Shown here one piece after another: positions 34,594-45,205 of a DNA stretch of 64,000 nt. Where the stretch lies: NCBI GenBank assembly GCA_033580375.1, contig GCA_033580375.1_4527.1; one strand, given 5' to 3'. The notes beneath the pieces were generated by a model. It saw only the letters and a program-made list of their open reading frames with translations. It made no database searches and was not told the DNA's origin. The DNA is from a phage. The first letter of the stretch is position 1. Each line of letters starts with the position of its first letter. The position numbers were made by a program, and so were the translations under genes.

Positions 34594-35074
34594 TAAAAAG
34601 GTAATGATTCCTAAATTAGGGCTCAAACATTATAATCTTTTAAAGGACGTTAAAGGTCCCGACGAAAACATGAAAATCTTAGCTGATTCTATTTGTAAAA
34701 ATATGAGTCCTGCAGATTTTGATTTTGCATGTCTACATATATTGGAATTTAATAACAAACTTAAGTCCGAAGTTGAAAAAGACGGATTCACTTATAAACT
34801 AGATGACGTCTATGTATGCCAACGAACAGAATTCCAATTTCAAGGTAATACTTTTTATTTTAGACCTCCAGGCAAATTTGAACAATTCGCTACAATCAGT
34901 GAAATGTTATCAAATTGCTTAATAAAAGTTAATGACGAAGAGAAAGAAATTTCTTTCCTTGAGATGCCTGCTTTTGTAATCAAATGGGCAGAAGACCTTT
35001 CGACAACTATTGCTATTCCAGGCCCTAATGGTCCTATTAAGGGTATAGCAGAAATTATTGGATTGCTTGAATGA
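34541..35074 (+). CDS. 28: Baseplate hub distal subunit gp28
   Basis: 177 aa as in T4 gp28; overlaps the gene 27 end. Confidence 0.8.
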   Translation: MNLNLILPLKKIILPQSNKKVMIPKLGLKHYNLLKDVKGPDENMKILADSICKNMSPADFDFACLHILEFNNKLKSEVEKDGFTYKLDDVYVCQRTEFQFQGNTFYFRPPGKFEQFATISEMLSNCLIKVNDEEKEISFLEMPAFVIKWAEDLSTTIAIPGPNGPIKGIAEIIGLLE

Positions 35075-36843
35075 AACCTGAAGAAATGAAATCCATGCGT
35101 AGAAATAAGGTCATTGCCGATAATAAACCACAAAAAGTAGCTGCTGATGCAGCTACCGATTCATTAGAAGCATTGAATGACATTTCATCAAAACTAGACG
35201 ATGTCCAAGCCGCGTCTGAACTCACATCGCAAAGTGTAGAAGATAAAGGCAACGGAATTATTGAATCAATTGGAGACTTAAAGAATTCGACAGATAATAC
35301 TGCTGAAGGCACAGAGCTTATCGCAGAAGTTATTGAAAAACAAACTGAAGTCACTAAAAGTATAAATGAAGTTTCTAGTGCAATAAGCTCTAAGTTAGAC
35401 CGATTAGCTACATTATTAGAGCAAAAATTACAAACATCTACCGCTATTCAAAATACAGGAGGCACCTCTCTTGAAGTAATTGAGAACGCAATACCTGTTA
35501 AAGTGGTTGAGAATGAAACTTCTGATGAGCTGTTTAAAGCATTCCCTACACCTGAAAAGATTGATAATAAGCCAGACGAAGATTTCTTCCCAGCCCCGGT
35601 TCAAGAAAGTGCTAATTCTACTTCCGATTCTAAAGGTGGAATTAGCTTTAAATTGAGCGATAAAATTGCAATGCTCACCAAAACAGTTCAAACCGGGTTT
35701 AATAAATCAATATCAATTTCAGACAGAATTGCCGGAATGCTTTTCAAATACACTATAACGGCTGCTATTGAAGCAGCAAAAATGGCCGCACTTATTCTTG
35801 GTATTGTTATCGGTATTGATTTATTGATAGTCCATTTCAAATATTGGACAGACAAGTTCACTTCTGCCTGGGATTTATTTGATGAAAACTTTACTAAATT
35901 CTCTGATGAAGCTAAAGAGTGGGGTAAATTCTTAAGTGATATATTCACTTCTATTGACTCGATAAAACAATTGTGGGAAGCTGGAGACTGGGGTGGTTTA
36001 ACCGTTGCTATTGTCAAAGGTGTAGGAACAGCATTAATGAACTTAGGTGAACTAATTCAATTAGGAATGGCTAAACTCTCTGCGTCTATATTGCGTGCTA
36101 TAGGTTTTGGCGATACCGCAGACGAAATAGAAGGACGTGCTTTAGAAGGATTCCAAGAAACTACCGGGAACAAATTAAAGAAAGAAGACCAAGAGAAAGT
36201 CGCTAAATATCAAATGAAGCGCGACGATGGGGAATTAGGAACCGTTTCTAAAGGTCTTGATATGTTACAACGCGGCAAAACATTCGTTACTAACTGGGTT
36301 CGTGGTAATGACAATAAAGAAGAGTTTAGTACAAGCGATGAGCGTGCTGCGGAATCGGCAAAATTAAAAGAGTTACCTGAAGAGGAACGTAAAGAGGCAT
36401 ATATAAAAGCTAATGAAACTCGGGCGGCCTTAGTTAGATTTGAGGATTATATCGATAAAATCGATGTGACTAATCCAGAAAATGCTAAAAACGTCGAGAA
36501 GTCTTATGCTGATTTAAGTAAACTTATTAAAGACCCTGAACTTAATAAAACTCCTATTGTTAAAAAGGAATTAGATGCTAGATTTGAAAAGCTAAATAAT
36601 AAAATGGCTGAAGCCAAAAAAGCTCAGACAACAGTTAAGCCTGAATCTTCAACTAAATCTCCGGAAGCAAAACAAGTTCAGTCAATAGAGAAAGGACGTG
36701 CTTCTGAATCTAAACAACAGCAACCGGTAGCGACGATTAGTAACACAAATAATGTCGTCAAAAAGAATACCGTAGTCCAGAATATGACCCCTGTAACAAG
36801 TACAACGGCTCCTGGAATTTTCCATGCCACCGGTGTTAATTAA
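35071..36843 (+). CDS. 29: Baseplate hub / tail length tape-measure protein gp29
   Basis: 590 aa as in T4 gp29; synteny. Confidence 0.85.
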   Translation: MKPEEMKSMRRNKVIADNKPQKVAADAATDSLEALNDISSKLDDVQAASELTSQSVEDKGNGIIESIGDLKNSTDNTAEGTELIAEVIEKQTEVTKSINEVSSAISSKLDRLATLLEQKLQTSTAIQNTGGTSLEVIENAIPVKVVENETSDELFKAFPTPEKIDNKPDEDFFPAPVQESANSTSDSKGGISFKLSDKIAMLTKTVQTGFNKSISISDRIAGMLFKYTITAAIEAAKMAALILGIVIGIDLLIVHFKYWTDKFTSAWDLFDENFTKFSDEAKEWGKFLSDIFTSIDSIKQLWEAGDWGGLTVAIVKGVGTALMNLGELIQLGMAKLSASILRAIGFGDTADEIEGRALEGFQETTGNKLKKEDQEKVAKYQMKRDDGELGTVSKGLDMLQRGKTFVTNWVRGNDNKEEFSTSDERAAESAKLKELPEEERKEAYIKANETRAALVRFEDYIDKIDVTNPENAKNVEKSYADLSKLIKDPELNKTPIVKKELDARFEKLNNKMAEAKKAQTTVKPESSTKSPEAKQVQSIEKGRASESKQQQPVATISNTNNVVKKNTVVQNMTPVTSTTAPGIFHATGVN

Positions 36844-36851
36844 GGATTATT

Positions 36852-37961
36852 ATGATTAGTGTAAAAGAAATAGTAGTAGATGCAAAGGATTTAAATAAAG
36901 CAATCCCAGTCTCAGAAAGTGCTGGGCAAAGCACTAAAACCGAAACAACTACTAAAACTTATGTTGCTCAATTTCCTACAGGAAGAGCAGCCGGAAATGA
37001 CTCCACAGGAGACTTCCAGGTAACAGACCTTTATAAGAATGGATTATTATTTACCGCGTACAATATGTCTGCACGCGATTCAGGATCCCTCAGGAATTTA
37101 CGTCCGGCATACGCCGGGACTTCATCTAATGGTATCATATCAGATTTAACTGATAATGTGAAAGATGCCGTGACTAAATTCTCAAATGGATTGCTTCCTG
37201 CCGGAGCTAATAAATCTACTATAAATAAAACTCCTGTTGCTAATATCCTTTTGCCGCGTTCTAAATCTGACGTTGATACAACTTCGCATCGTTTTAATGA
37301 TATCGGTGATAGCCTTATTACTAAAGGTGGAGGTACTGCTACAGGTGTTTTAAGTAACATTGCTTCTACTGCAGTCTTTGGTGCATTAGATTCTATTACT
37401 CAAGGGCTTATGGCTGATAATAACGAACAGATTTATACGACTTCTCGTAGTATGTACGGCGGTGCTGAGAACCGTACTAAAGTCTTTACATGGGATTTAA
37501 CTCCACGTTCAACTGAAGACCTTATGGCTATTATAAACATTTACCAATATTTTAACTATTTCTCATATGGCGAGACTGGTAAATCACAATACGCCCAAGA
37601 GATTAAAAGTTATTTAGACGAATGGTACCGTTCAACGTTTATTGAGCCTATGACACCAGACGATGCTGTAAAAAATAAGACATTGTTTGAAAAGATTACT
37701 GCGTCATTAACAAACGTATTAGTTGTAAGCAACCCTACAATTTGGATGGTTAAAAACTTTGGACACACGTCTAAATTTGACGGGTTAACTGATGTATTTG
37801 GCCCATGTCAAATTCAAAGCGTACGTTTTGATAAAACTCCAAATGGACAATTTAATGGTCTCGCTGTTGCTCCTAACTTACCATCAACATTTACGTTAGA
37901 GATAACAATGCGAGAAATTATTACATTAAACCGTTCTTCACTTTATGCGGGGACTTTCTAA
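36852..37961 (+). CDS. 48: Baseplate tail-tube junction protein gp48
   Basis: 369 aa versus T4 gp48 364 aa; synteny. Confidence 0.85.
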   Translation: MISVKEIVVDAKDLNKAIPVSESAGQSTKTETTTKTYVAQFPTGRAAGNDSTGDFQVTDLYKNGLLFTAYNMSARDSGSLRNLRPAYAGTSSNGIISDLTDNVKDAVTKFSNGLLPAGANKSTINKTPVANILLPRSKSDVDTTSHRFNDIGDSLITKGGGTATGVLSNIASTAVFGALDSITQGLMADNNEQIYTTSRSMYGGAENRTKVFTWDLTPRSTEDLMAIINIYQYFNYFSYGETGKSQYAQEIKSYLDEWYRSTFIEPMTPDDAVKNKTLFEKITASLTNVLVVSNPTIWMVKNFGHTSKFDGLTDVFGPCQIQSVRFDKTPNGQFNGLAVAPNLPSTFTLEITMREIITLNRSSLYAGTF

Positions 37962-38923
37962 TGTACTCTTTAGAAGAATTTAATAACCAAGCTATAAATG
38001 CAGATTTCCAACGAAACAATATGTTTAGTTGTGTATTTGCTACTACACCGTCGACCAAATCGTCTTCACTAATTTCGTCAATTGGTAGTTTTGCTTATAA
38101 TAACTTAGGGTTGGATTCCGATTGGCTAGGATTGACTCAAGGTGATATCAATCAGGGCGTAACAACCCTGATTACAGCAGGAACACAGAAATTAATTCGA
38201 AAATCAGGTGTAAGTAAATATCTGATTGGAGCAATGAGTCAACGTACGGTACAAAGCTTGTTAGGTGAGTTCACAGTAGGATCTTATCTGATAGACTTCT
38301 TCAATATGGCATATAATAATACAGGTTTAATGATTTATTCTGTAAAAATGCCTGAGAACCGATTATCTTATGAAACAGATTTCAACTATAACTCACCGAA
38401 CATCAGAATTACCGGTCGTGAAATGGACCCGTTAGTAATAAGCTTTAGAATGGATTCCGAAGCATCTAACTTTAGAGCAATGCAAGACTGGGTAAACTCG
38501 GTCCAAGACCCTGTAACAGGTCTTCGCGCTTTACCACAAGACGTCGAAGCAGATATTCAGGTTAATTTACATGCACGAAATGGTTTACCACATACCGCTG
38601 TCATGTTCACCGGATGTATTCCTGTTAGTGTCTCTTCTCCTGAGTTAACGTATGATGGTGATAATCAGATAACAGTTTTTGATGTAACATTTGCTTATCG
38701 CGTTATGCAATCAGGTGCTGTAAATAGACAGGCTGCTTTAGAATGGCTGGAATCAGGACTTATTAGTAGTGTTTCAGGAATGTTCGGAAATAATCAAAAT
38801 GATTCTGGGCTAGGAAGTGCAGTATCAAGACTTTCTAGATTAGGTGGGACTGCTGGAGGTGTGTCTAATATAAACACATTGACAGGCGTGGTGAATTCTG
38901 CATCAAGAGTTTTAGGCCTATAA
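37961..38923 (+). CDS. 54: Baseplate tail-tube initiator gp54
   Basis: 320 aa as in T4 gp54; synteny. Confidence 0.85.
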   Translation: MYSLEEFNNQAINADFQRNNMFSCVFATTPSTKSSSLISSIGSFAYNNLGLDSDWLGLTQGDINQGVTTLITAGTQKLIRKSGVSKYLIGAMSQRTVQSLLGEFTVGSYLIDFFNMAYNNTGLMIYSVKMPENRLSYETDFNYNSPNIRITGREMDPLVISFRMDSEASNFRAMQDWVNSVQDPVTGLRALPQDVEADIQVNLHARNGLPHTAVMFTGCIPVSVSSPELTYDGDNQITVFDVTFAYRVMQSGAVNRQAALEWLESGLISSVSGMFGNNQNDSGLGSAVSRLSRLGGTAGGVSNINTLTGVVNSASRVLGL

Positions 38924-38934
38924 GAAAAAAAAAA

Positions 38935-38951
38935 GGGAGACAACGTCTCCC
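38935..38951. terminator. Bidirectional terminator A10-GGGAGAC-AAC-GTCTCCC-TTT between convergent gene 54 and a - strand ORF
   Basis: 7 bp stem preceded by an A10 run. Confidence 0.65.
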
Positions 38952-38960
38952 TTTAGGGGT

Positions 38961-39254
38961 TTATTTACGGAATGAAAGGAATGCTGGTGCTCGGAACGGA
39001 GTATCATCTTTAGAGTATTTAACTAATACAACCATTGGTACCTCTGTTTCTAAATGACCTGTCACTACACCGATAAAAATTTGGTCGGTGTGCTCAGGGT
39101 CACGAAAGTTTTTAAGAGGTTCCATAGCAATATGGAATGCACCTGGGAATACTCGATTCAATTCGTCAATCACGGCTTCGTTAAAAGCATCATCCGCTGG
39201 GATAACATCTTCAACTACTAGTTCTTGACCATTAAAGCGAAGCATAGATTTCAT
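38961..39254 (-). CDS. Hypothetical protein (97 aa), downstream of alt
   Basis: Track ORF trimmed to the ATG at 39254, preceded by AGGAA and an early-promoter cassette. Confidence 0.5.
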   Translation of the reverse strand: MKSMLRFNGQELVVEDVIPADDAFNEAVIDELNRVFPGAFHIAMEPLKNFRDPEHTDQIFIGVVTGHLETEVPMVVLVKYSKDDTPFRAPAFLSFRK

Positions 39255-39283
39255 AACGTTTTCCTCATGTTGTTGATGGGATG

Positions 39284-39313
39284 ATAGTATCACACATCCA
39301 TGTGCTTGTAAAC
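39284..39313 (-). promoter_or_regulatory. Early-type promoter GTTTAC-N18-TACTAT for ORF 38961..39254
   Basis: Consensus blocks and conserved CATCAACAACATGAGGAA leader on the - strand. Confidence 0.55.
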
Positions 39314-41400
39314 TATCCTTGAACAAATTTAAATGGAACCGATTCTAAATCCATTAAAGATGCTAACAGTTTCAATCCTTTAGGTGCACTGTTTATTTCT
39401 ACGAATGAGGCAAAAGATACTGGCTCATTTGATTCGATTTCACCCGTCATAGCAACCACCTCGCCTGTTTCCATGAGAACATCACCGTCGTAAATGACTG
39501 CTTCATCCAACTGGTCTGAGGACATGACTTCGGCTTGAATAAATTTAAGGTTGGATTCTAAACCTGCACCAGTGTCAGATGACGCATCTGTAATTTTATT
39601 TATCTGCAAGAGAATGCCTCTAGGCAAAATAATTTCTTGCTCATTAGGGTGATTACTCAACTGTCCTGGATAAATCACGTTAACTTTATGGGCGCCATCA
39701 ATAGCCCATCCAACGTTAACACGGATTTGTTCTGGTGCATGCATAGCTGTTCTTACTTGACTAGGAGAAATAGTAACACCTTCGTCATTATTGTCAATGT
39801 TAAGCTCTTTGCGAACTTCTTCAGGAGCAAGTCCAAGGGCAACGTTCTCTTTAAACCCGCCGAAAATAATAGGAGCTAGTGAAGTAGAAACATAGTTTCT
39901 GAAGTAGAATACCTTATTTTTAACCATTGCTTCGTAAATAGGCATTCTGATAGACTGAGCTCTATACAACGTTAGTCCTTCAGGTAAACGGTCTCCATTT
40001 AAAAACGCCGAATCAAGACCATCAATAGCGCGTTTAACTTCATCTTCATCTGCAACATCATAAAAATCCGGTTTATAACGACCTAACAACATATTATTGA
40101 TATCGGTATACGCAGAAGAGGCATATTCACGAATAGCTCGTTTTTCAGCAACAGAGTATTGTTTAGGGTCACGATTCATTGTTATATTAAAGGTGCCTCT
40201 AGCCGATTCTCGTGCATAAGTATACATCACATTAGACAAGAACGCTGATTTACGTTGTTTCCAAGTTTTTTCAGATACTTCAGCTAAAACGTCGTCAGCC
40301 AGCTGGAAATTATCACGTCTAAAATCTTCAAACCATTCGTCTTTAATAGAGTCTGCAATTTCATTTGCAGCTTCAACAAAAGCAGCTAATGCTTTAACAG
40401 ATGTTGTTTTTTCAGTTTTAATTTTCTTAGCAAACTTTTCTAAAGTCGGCTTAATAACACTACCATAAGAAACTTCATCAGCAAATCTAAAGGATTCATC
40501 AATACGATTATAAATCTTATTTTCGATATCAGCAACTAAAGTGCCTTTTGCTGTGGACGATGCTTGGGCTAGTACGATTTCATATGCTTCAGGAAGTAAT
40601 TCGGCTGTAGCCGGGCCGCTAACTTCTTTAGCAGAATTTTCGTATTTCTGGAATAGCTCACCTTCTTGGCGATCTGCTTCTAAAGATTGACTTGCTGCAA
40701 TAGCTCGACGAGAAATTTTAGTACGAGCAATAACAGGCTTATCTTTACGTTTTTCTTCTACAGCAGCAATAGAACCAGCTATAGCCGTTTCTTTGGTGAC
40801 TTTTTCGCCAGTCTTTTTACTCACATAAACTTCACCAACATCAGAATCTACTTTCGTGTACAACTCTGTGTTAATGTTAGGGATGCCTTTAATATCTTCA
40901 ATGTTGGCATTTTTACGAACCATCATCACATATGTGTGTTTACCTGTGAATTGATACATTGCAGACAATACTTTAAAACGACCACCAGTTTTAGTAGAAA
41001 CTAAACGAGCAAGAAGAGTTTGAAGTTGTTGTCCACGTCCTTTCAATTTCTTGGTAGGGAATCGGAACAGAACTGCATCCATACGAAGAGCTTTAACCTG
41101 TTCATACACTGTATTGAAAATGGTGTTGATTGCATCAATAGGAGCAGGACCAAGGCCATTTTTCAATTCAGCGAGATTACCCTTTTCAGACAGACTCATA
41201 ATAACAACATGAGCGTATTTGTCGCCAAGTTTAACTTGTTTTACAGCGTCGCCTTCGGAAAGGTAAGAGAATAAACGAACTACGATGTTTGTATCGATAT
41301 CACCAATTTTCCAGACTTGTGGAACTTTAGCTTTAGGGTTCAAATTGATGACAGGAAGACTGCCTTCAGATTCAAACACTTCATTTAATTGTTCAGACAT
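39313..41400 (-). CDS. alt: Alt, packaged ADP-ribosyltransferase that modifies host RNA polymerase
   Basis: 695 aa versus T4 Alt 682 aa; position between 54 and 30 as in T4. Confidence 0.8.
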   Translation of the reverse strand: MSEQLNEVFESEGSLPVINLNPKAKVPQVWKIGDIDTNIVVRLFSYLSEGDAVKQVKLGDKYAHVVIMSLSEKGNLAELKNGLGPAPIDAINTIFNTVYEQVKALRMDAVLFRFPTKKLKGRGQQLQTLLARLVSTKTGGRFKVLSAMYQFTGKHTYVMMVRKNANIEDIKGIPNINTELYTKVDSDVGEVYVSKKTGEKVTKETAIAGSIAAVEEKRKDKPVIARTKISRRAIAASQSLEADRQEGELFQKYENSAKEVSGPATAELLPEAYEIVLAQASSTAKGTLVADIENKIYNRIDESFRFADEVSYGSVIKPTLEKFAKKIKTEKTTSVKALAAFVEAANEIADSIKDEWFEDFRRDNFQLADDVLAEVSEKTWKQRKSAFLSNVMYTYARESARGTFNITMNRDPKQYSVAEKRAIREYASSAYTDINNMLLGRYKPDFYDVADEDEVKRAIDGLDSAFLNGDRLPEGLTLYRAQSIRMPIYEAMVKNKVFYFRNYVSTSLAPIIFGGFKENVALGLAPEEVRKELNIDNNDEGVTISPSQVRTAMHAPEQIRVNVGWAIDGAHKVNVIYPGQLSNHPNEQEIILPRGILLQINKITDASSDTGAGLESNLKFIQAEVMSSDQLDEAVIYDGDVLMETGEVVAMTGEIESNEPVSFASFVEINSAPKGLKLLASLMDLESVPFKFVQG

Positions 41401-41440
41401 AGTGTTTTCCTTTTAGTAATAATTTATATTTATGCCAAAA

Positions 41441-41456
41441 AGAGCCCGAAGGCTCT
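41441..41456 (-). terminator. Stem-loop AGAGCC-TTCG-GGCTCT plus T-tract downstream of ORF 41456..41644
   Basis: - strand: TAA, stem-loop, TTTTTGG. Confidence 0.6.
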
Positions 41457-41644
41457 TAATCCACAATCGGGAGCAAAGTACGATAAACTTCAAAATTAGG
41501 GCCTTTTTCGTACCCATTAACGTTATCTACGAAAACCCGATACGAATTTTCATTAGGAAAATCTAATATAATCTGAGAGCAAGAGGTGGAAACATCTCCA
41601 CCGTCCTTCTTAGCTACAATAACTGTTTCTAAATAAGCTTTCAT
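41456..41644 (-). CDS. Hypothetical protein (62 aa)
   Basis: Start set to the ATG at 41644, which overlaps the ligase stop codon (TAATG). Confidence 0.45.
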   Translation of the reverse strand: MKAYLETVIVAKKDGGDVSTSCSQIILDFPNENSYRVFVDNVNGYEKGPNFEVYRTLLPIVD

Positions 41645-43137
41645 TATAAACCTGTCTGGGACCACGGTCCAAATACGTCTTCAAATGAATCCGCTTCTGT
41701 TTTATCAAAACGGAACCCTTTAATAATTGGAAGGAAAATACCTACAGTACCTTCACGGCCTTTAGAATGAACCCAACCATTACATTCGCAATCAGCAATA
41801 CGTCCGATCAATTTACCTTCACGAGCTTCGGTCATTAATCGTTCACGGTCTAAATCATGACGCTCGTCTAAAGGAATAAGAACCTTTACACCGTCAACTG
41901 TTTTATGAGTTGTATCTTTAAAACCTGAACCACAATCAGTTGTAATACGACGACAACGTGATACGAGTTCGACACCACCCAATTTGTTAGGGTCTTTAGA
42001 GTGTTCATAGTATCCTACAACTTCTAAAGCGATATCAATAACTTCTTTAAATTTAATTAGGTTCTTAGAGCGTTTGTTTTCCCAATATGAATCACGGTTT
42101 TTAAGGATAATACCTTCAAGACCTTGGTCAACATATTTTTTATAAACCACTTTAGCTTCGTCAAGATTACGAACTAACTGATTTTCAATTGGCTCAATTC
42201 GCTTAAAGCCTTCAGCCATATTTTCAAGAGCAGCAAAACGAACATCGTATTTCTGACCTTTAATTTTGCCATCAGAATAGACTTCATCTAAAGGAACATA
42301 GTCCCAGGCTTGAAGAACCATACCTTCCGCTTCTTTAGGAGAAATAGTCCCTTGAAGAGATTTATTTGCTAAACCGTTTGAAGTGCTACGGTCTGCAACT
42401 TGTACTTCTTCGGATTCTTCATTATCACCAAATAAGAACGACAGGTCATTTCCTGAGCTCACAGCCTTTTTAATATCAAATGAATGATAAACTAATTCAC
42501 CGTCGATTAAAACCCCATTAGGGTGTCTTTCACGAGCTTCTTTAGTCATTTCCATTAGTTCATCCGCTAATAGAGTAAGACCATGGTATTCATTACCAGC
42601 ACGAGAAAAAAATTGGACACCGTCATCGCGAACTTCAGCGAAACAACGAGCACCATCTGCTTTTAATTGGGCAAATGCGGGCCATTTAATATTTTTAGTA
42701 ATCAATTTCTCATCATATGCAGATGCTAACATCTGTGGTTGCAATTGAATAAGTCCTGGCCACACCTTATTCGCGATAGACACTGAAGCACCTACTTCAA
42801 GGTCGCGCATCATTACACGACGAAGGACTTCTACATCATCAGGTTTACCGTCAGCGATATAACCCATGAGCTCTTTAATTGCTGCATTACCAGTGAGTTT
42901 ACGAGTGGCTAATGTGAACTCAATAAAATCCAACATGTCATCTAATTCAAGAAGACCATATGCTTGGGACCTTTCACCTGGTCCTGGCCATTTCTTAATA
43001 TAATACTGGATACCACGTGCATATGTTAAACGATACACACGTTCAAGTAATTTGTTGTCCTTATTTTTCTTAAGGATTTCCTGTTTTGTTTTAGTAGAAC
43101 CGATCGCAGCTATTTGGTTTAAAATATCTAAAATCAT
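41644..43137 (-). CDS. 30: ATP-dependent DNA ligase gp30
   Basis: 497 aa; sequence MILDILNQIAAIGSTKTKQEILKKNKDNKLLERVYRLTY... matches T4 DNA ligase, including the KADGAR adenylylation motif. Confidence 0.95.
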   Translation of the reverse strand: MILDILNQIAAIGSTKTKQEILKKNKDNKLLERVYRLTYARGIQYYIKKWPGPGERSQAYGLLELDDMLDFIEFTLATRKLTGNAAIKELMGYIADGKPDDVEVLRRVMMRDLEVGASVSIANKVWPGLIQLQPQMLASAYDEKLITKNIKWPAFAQLKADGARCFAEVRDDGVQFFSRAGNEYHGLTLLADELMEMTKEARERHPNGVLIDGELVYHSFDIKKAVSSGNDLSFLFGDNEESEEVQVADRSTSNGLANKSLQGTISPKEAEGMVLQAWDYVPLDEVYSDGKIKGQKYDVRFAALENMAEGFKRIEPIENQLVRNLDEAKVVYKKYVDQGLEGIILKNRDSYWENKRSKNLIKFKEVIDIALEVVGYYEHSKDPNKLGGVELVSRCRRITTDCGSGFKDTTHKTVDGVKVLIPLDERHDLDRERLMTEAREGKLIGRIADCECNGWVHSKGREGTVGIFLPIIKGFRFDKTEADSFEDVFGPWSQTGL

Positions 43138-43403
43138 TTGATATCCTCGATTTTGGTTACGGTTCTATTATAAGCCACTTCATCTAGAAGCGATTTCAGC
43201 GTTTTCTGATAAGTGGTAACCCGTTTACCGAGTCCTTCAACATAATATTCTGAAATGTAGATGAACCCTTGTTCAACACACTCTTTAAATATTTCTGCGT
43301 CTTTTACTGAACGAAACAATGTCCAGTCTCGAAAGAACATGTTAACATGACCATAGTCACGTGTGGTATTTTTGCCATCTGTAATATCATGAACTACAAA
43401 CAT
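43134..43403 (-). CDS. Hypothetical protein (30.1-like)
   Basis: 89 aa ORF directly downstream of ligase. Confidence 0.55.
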   Translation of the reverse strand: MFVVHDITDGKNTTRDYGHVNMFFRDWTLFRSVKDAEIFKECVEQGFIYISEYYVEGLGKRVTTYQKTLKSLLDEVAYNRTVTKIEDIK

Positions 43404-43412
43404 AATTAACCC

Positions 43413-44231
43413 TTAACAATTTATAGTCCATTTAGACGAATCTAAAGGAAAGTTTTGAATCGTCCGCCATGGCTGCATATCGGTTGGTCCTGGGGTTCGC
43501 CAGGTATATGGAGTACGTGTTGTCGAGGGGCCACCAATTTGATTAGGCCATGCACCTGGACTTGTTGCACCAGATTCTTTAAGCAAATCCGCCAATCGTT
43601 TTAAAAGGTCTTCACGATCTGAATCTGAATTATTCTTAGGCAGAACCAAACGAGATTCAATATCATCCCACGTGTGTACACGTTGTGCAGTACGAGGAAT
43701 ATCATCACGTTCACCACGGGCCAACCAATAAATCGGTACATTAAGAATTTCTGCCGCATGGTCACAATGATGAGCTAAATCGTCAACGTAACAAATTACG
43801 TTATATTTTGTTTTAGCTAGTTCGAATAATTGTTCCTTTGAAGAATCATGACCACACATCATTACTTCAGAGAAAGCGCCTGGGAACAAAGCATTCAAAT
43901 TAAATTGTCTATTCAATCGAGCATCAATTGAATCACCTAACGCCGTTACGGCTACAAAATTATAGTCTTCTTTTAGTTTATTGATAACTCGAAGAGCATC
44001 CGAATAAGGCGCTAAGTAACGAATAAAATCAGAGCGATTATATTTTTCTATTAATTGTTTACCAAGGTTATCGTCGGTATTGAATAGTTTACCAGGAGAA
44101 ATAAATTTTTCGTCCTGAATCATTTTTAAAATATGTTCTAATGGAAGATTATATTTTTGGGCAAAATAAGGAAGTCCAGATTGCCAGCTTAAACATACAC
44201 CATCAATATCAGTCAAAATAGTAGGCTTCAT
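43413..44231 (-). CDS. HAD-superfamily hydrolase-like protein (30.2-like)
   Basis: 272 aa; N-terminal DxDG motif (ILTDIDGVCL) typical of HAD phosphatases. Confidence 0.6.
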   Translation of the reverse strand: MKPTILTDIDGVCLSWQSGLPYFAQKYNLPLEHILKMIQDEKFISPGKLFNTDDNLGKQLIEKYNRSDFIRYLAPYSDALRVINKLKEDYNFVAVTALGDSIDARLNRQFNLNALFPGAFSEVMMCGHDSSKEQLFELAKTKYNVICYVDDLAHHCDHAAEILNVPIYWLARGERDDIPRTAQRVHTWDDIESRLVLPKNNSDSDREDLLKRLADLLKESGATSPGAWPNQIGGPSTTRTPYTWRTPGPTDMQPWRTIQNFPLDSSKWTINC

Positions 44232-44695
44232 AAAGAGTCTCTTAATAGGTTTAACACATCAATAAATTCAGCTTCGGTTAGTATTGTATCATCTTTTGTT
44301 AGGTGGCTGGCCATGCTATGCTTCAAAATTTTTCCTTTAGAGGCTTGTAAGGCATCGCGAAACCCCTTGTTTTGGATCGCTGCTTCAAAATATGCATTTG
44401 TGTATAATTCTTTCCACGCTTCAGAGTATCTTGAAAATGGAACTCCTAACCAGAAGAGAGTCCCATGGTCCTGAGCTCTTGCATAAGACCTTCCAGCTTG
44501 CTGTGCAGCCAATCCAGACAACCCAAATATACGTCTTTGTTGTTCAACATTTTTCACCTTACATCCTTGGAGAAATCCTTCAAGACCTCCGAATTGAATA
44601 CCATCCATGACAAAAGGCCATTGGGCGAAATTACTTAATGCACATGACGGCCATTTGAAATTACTTCTTATTTCTAATTCAGACATCTTTAACAC
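44228..44695 (-). CDS. NADAR / YbiA (DUF1768)-like protein (30.3-like)
   Basis: 155 aa; motif ALSNFAQWPF...DG...EGFLQGCK resembles the YbiA/NADAR signature (SNF...WP...DG...E.YFQA.K). Confidence 0.55.
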   Translation of the reverse strand: MLKMSELEIRSNFKWPSCALSNFAQWPFVMDGIQFGGLEGFLQGCKVKNVEQQRRIFGLSGLAAQQAGRSYARAQDHGTLFWLGVPFSRYSEAWKELYTNAYFEAAIQNKGFRDALQASKGKILKHSMASHLTKDDTILTEAEFIDVLNLLRDSL

Positions 44696-44897
44696 TTATA
44701 ATTTCAACATCAGCCCAATGACCATAACCAGGTATACGGTCTTCGATAGATAAATTTCCGTCATTTTTAGGCATTTTAATTGACGTAACGTATGGTTCTA
44801 AACGGTTTTCTGCATAATATGGAAAAACATCTGTTACACGATAAGTAACTTCAATCATTTCCGTACCAAACAATTTCTTGATTAATTTTTTAAGCAT
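44679..44897 (-). CDS. Hypothetical protein (72 aa)
   Basis: ORF in operon orientation. Confidence 0.45.
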   Translation of the reverse strand: MLKKLIKKLFGTEMIEVTYRVTDVFPYYAENRLEPYVTSIKMPKNDGNLSIEDRIPGYGHWADVEIISVKDV

Positions 44898-44901
44898 TTT
44901 A

Positions 44902-45189
44902 TTAGAACCTCATCTGAAAGCCATGTGATTTAACATTACCGCCGCCGATATCAGAAATGTTAATTTCACTTGCAATCGAAGGATCGATGTCAATTTCACG
45001 ATTAAGTTTAGTGATAGCTAAAGTATCATGCCCATTTACTGTACGAAACTCCAAAGGACATACTACGTTGACATAGTGTTTAATTGACTCGCTAGTAGGT
45101 TGTAAATGGGCCGGAAGGTCTTTAGGTGCTTTAGAGAAAACAACTTCACAAAAGTTTTTGCGGGTATCAAAATAAGTGGTCATAAACAT
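44902..45189 (-). CDS. Hypothetical protein (95 aa)
   Basis: ORF with GAGGAA RBS 7 nt upstream of the ATG. Confidence 0.5.
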   Translation of the reverse strand: MFMTTYFDTRKNFCEVVFSKAPKDLPAHLQPTSESIKHYVNVVCPLEFRTVNGHDTLAITKLNREIDIDPSIASEINISDIGGGNVKSHGFQMRF

Positions 45190-45205
45190 AATATTTTCCT
45201 CAATA

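Noticed and set aside
41401-41440. CATAAATATAAATT upstream of alt as a late promoter
   Set aside because: Only 7/8 match to TATAAATA (TATAAATT); plausible but not an exact consensus, so not listed as a feature.
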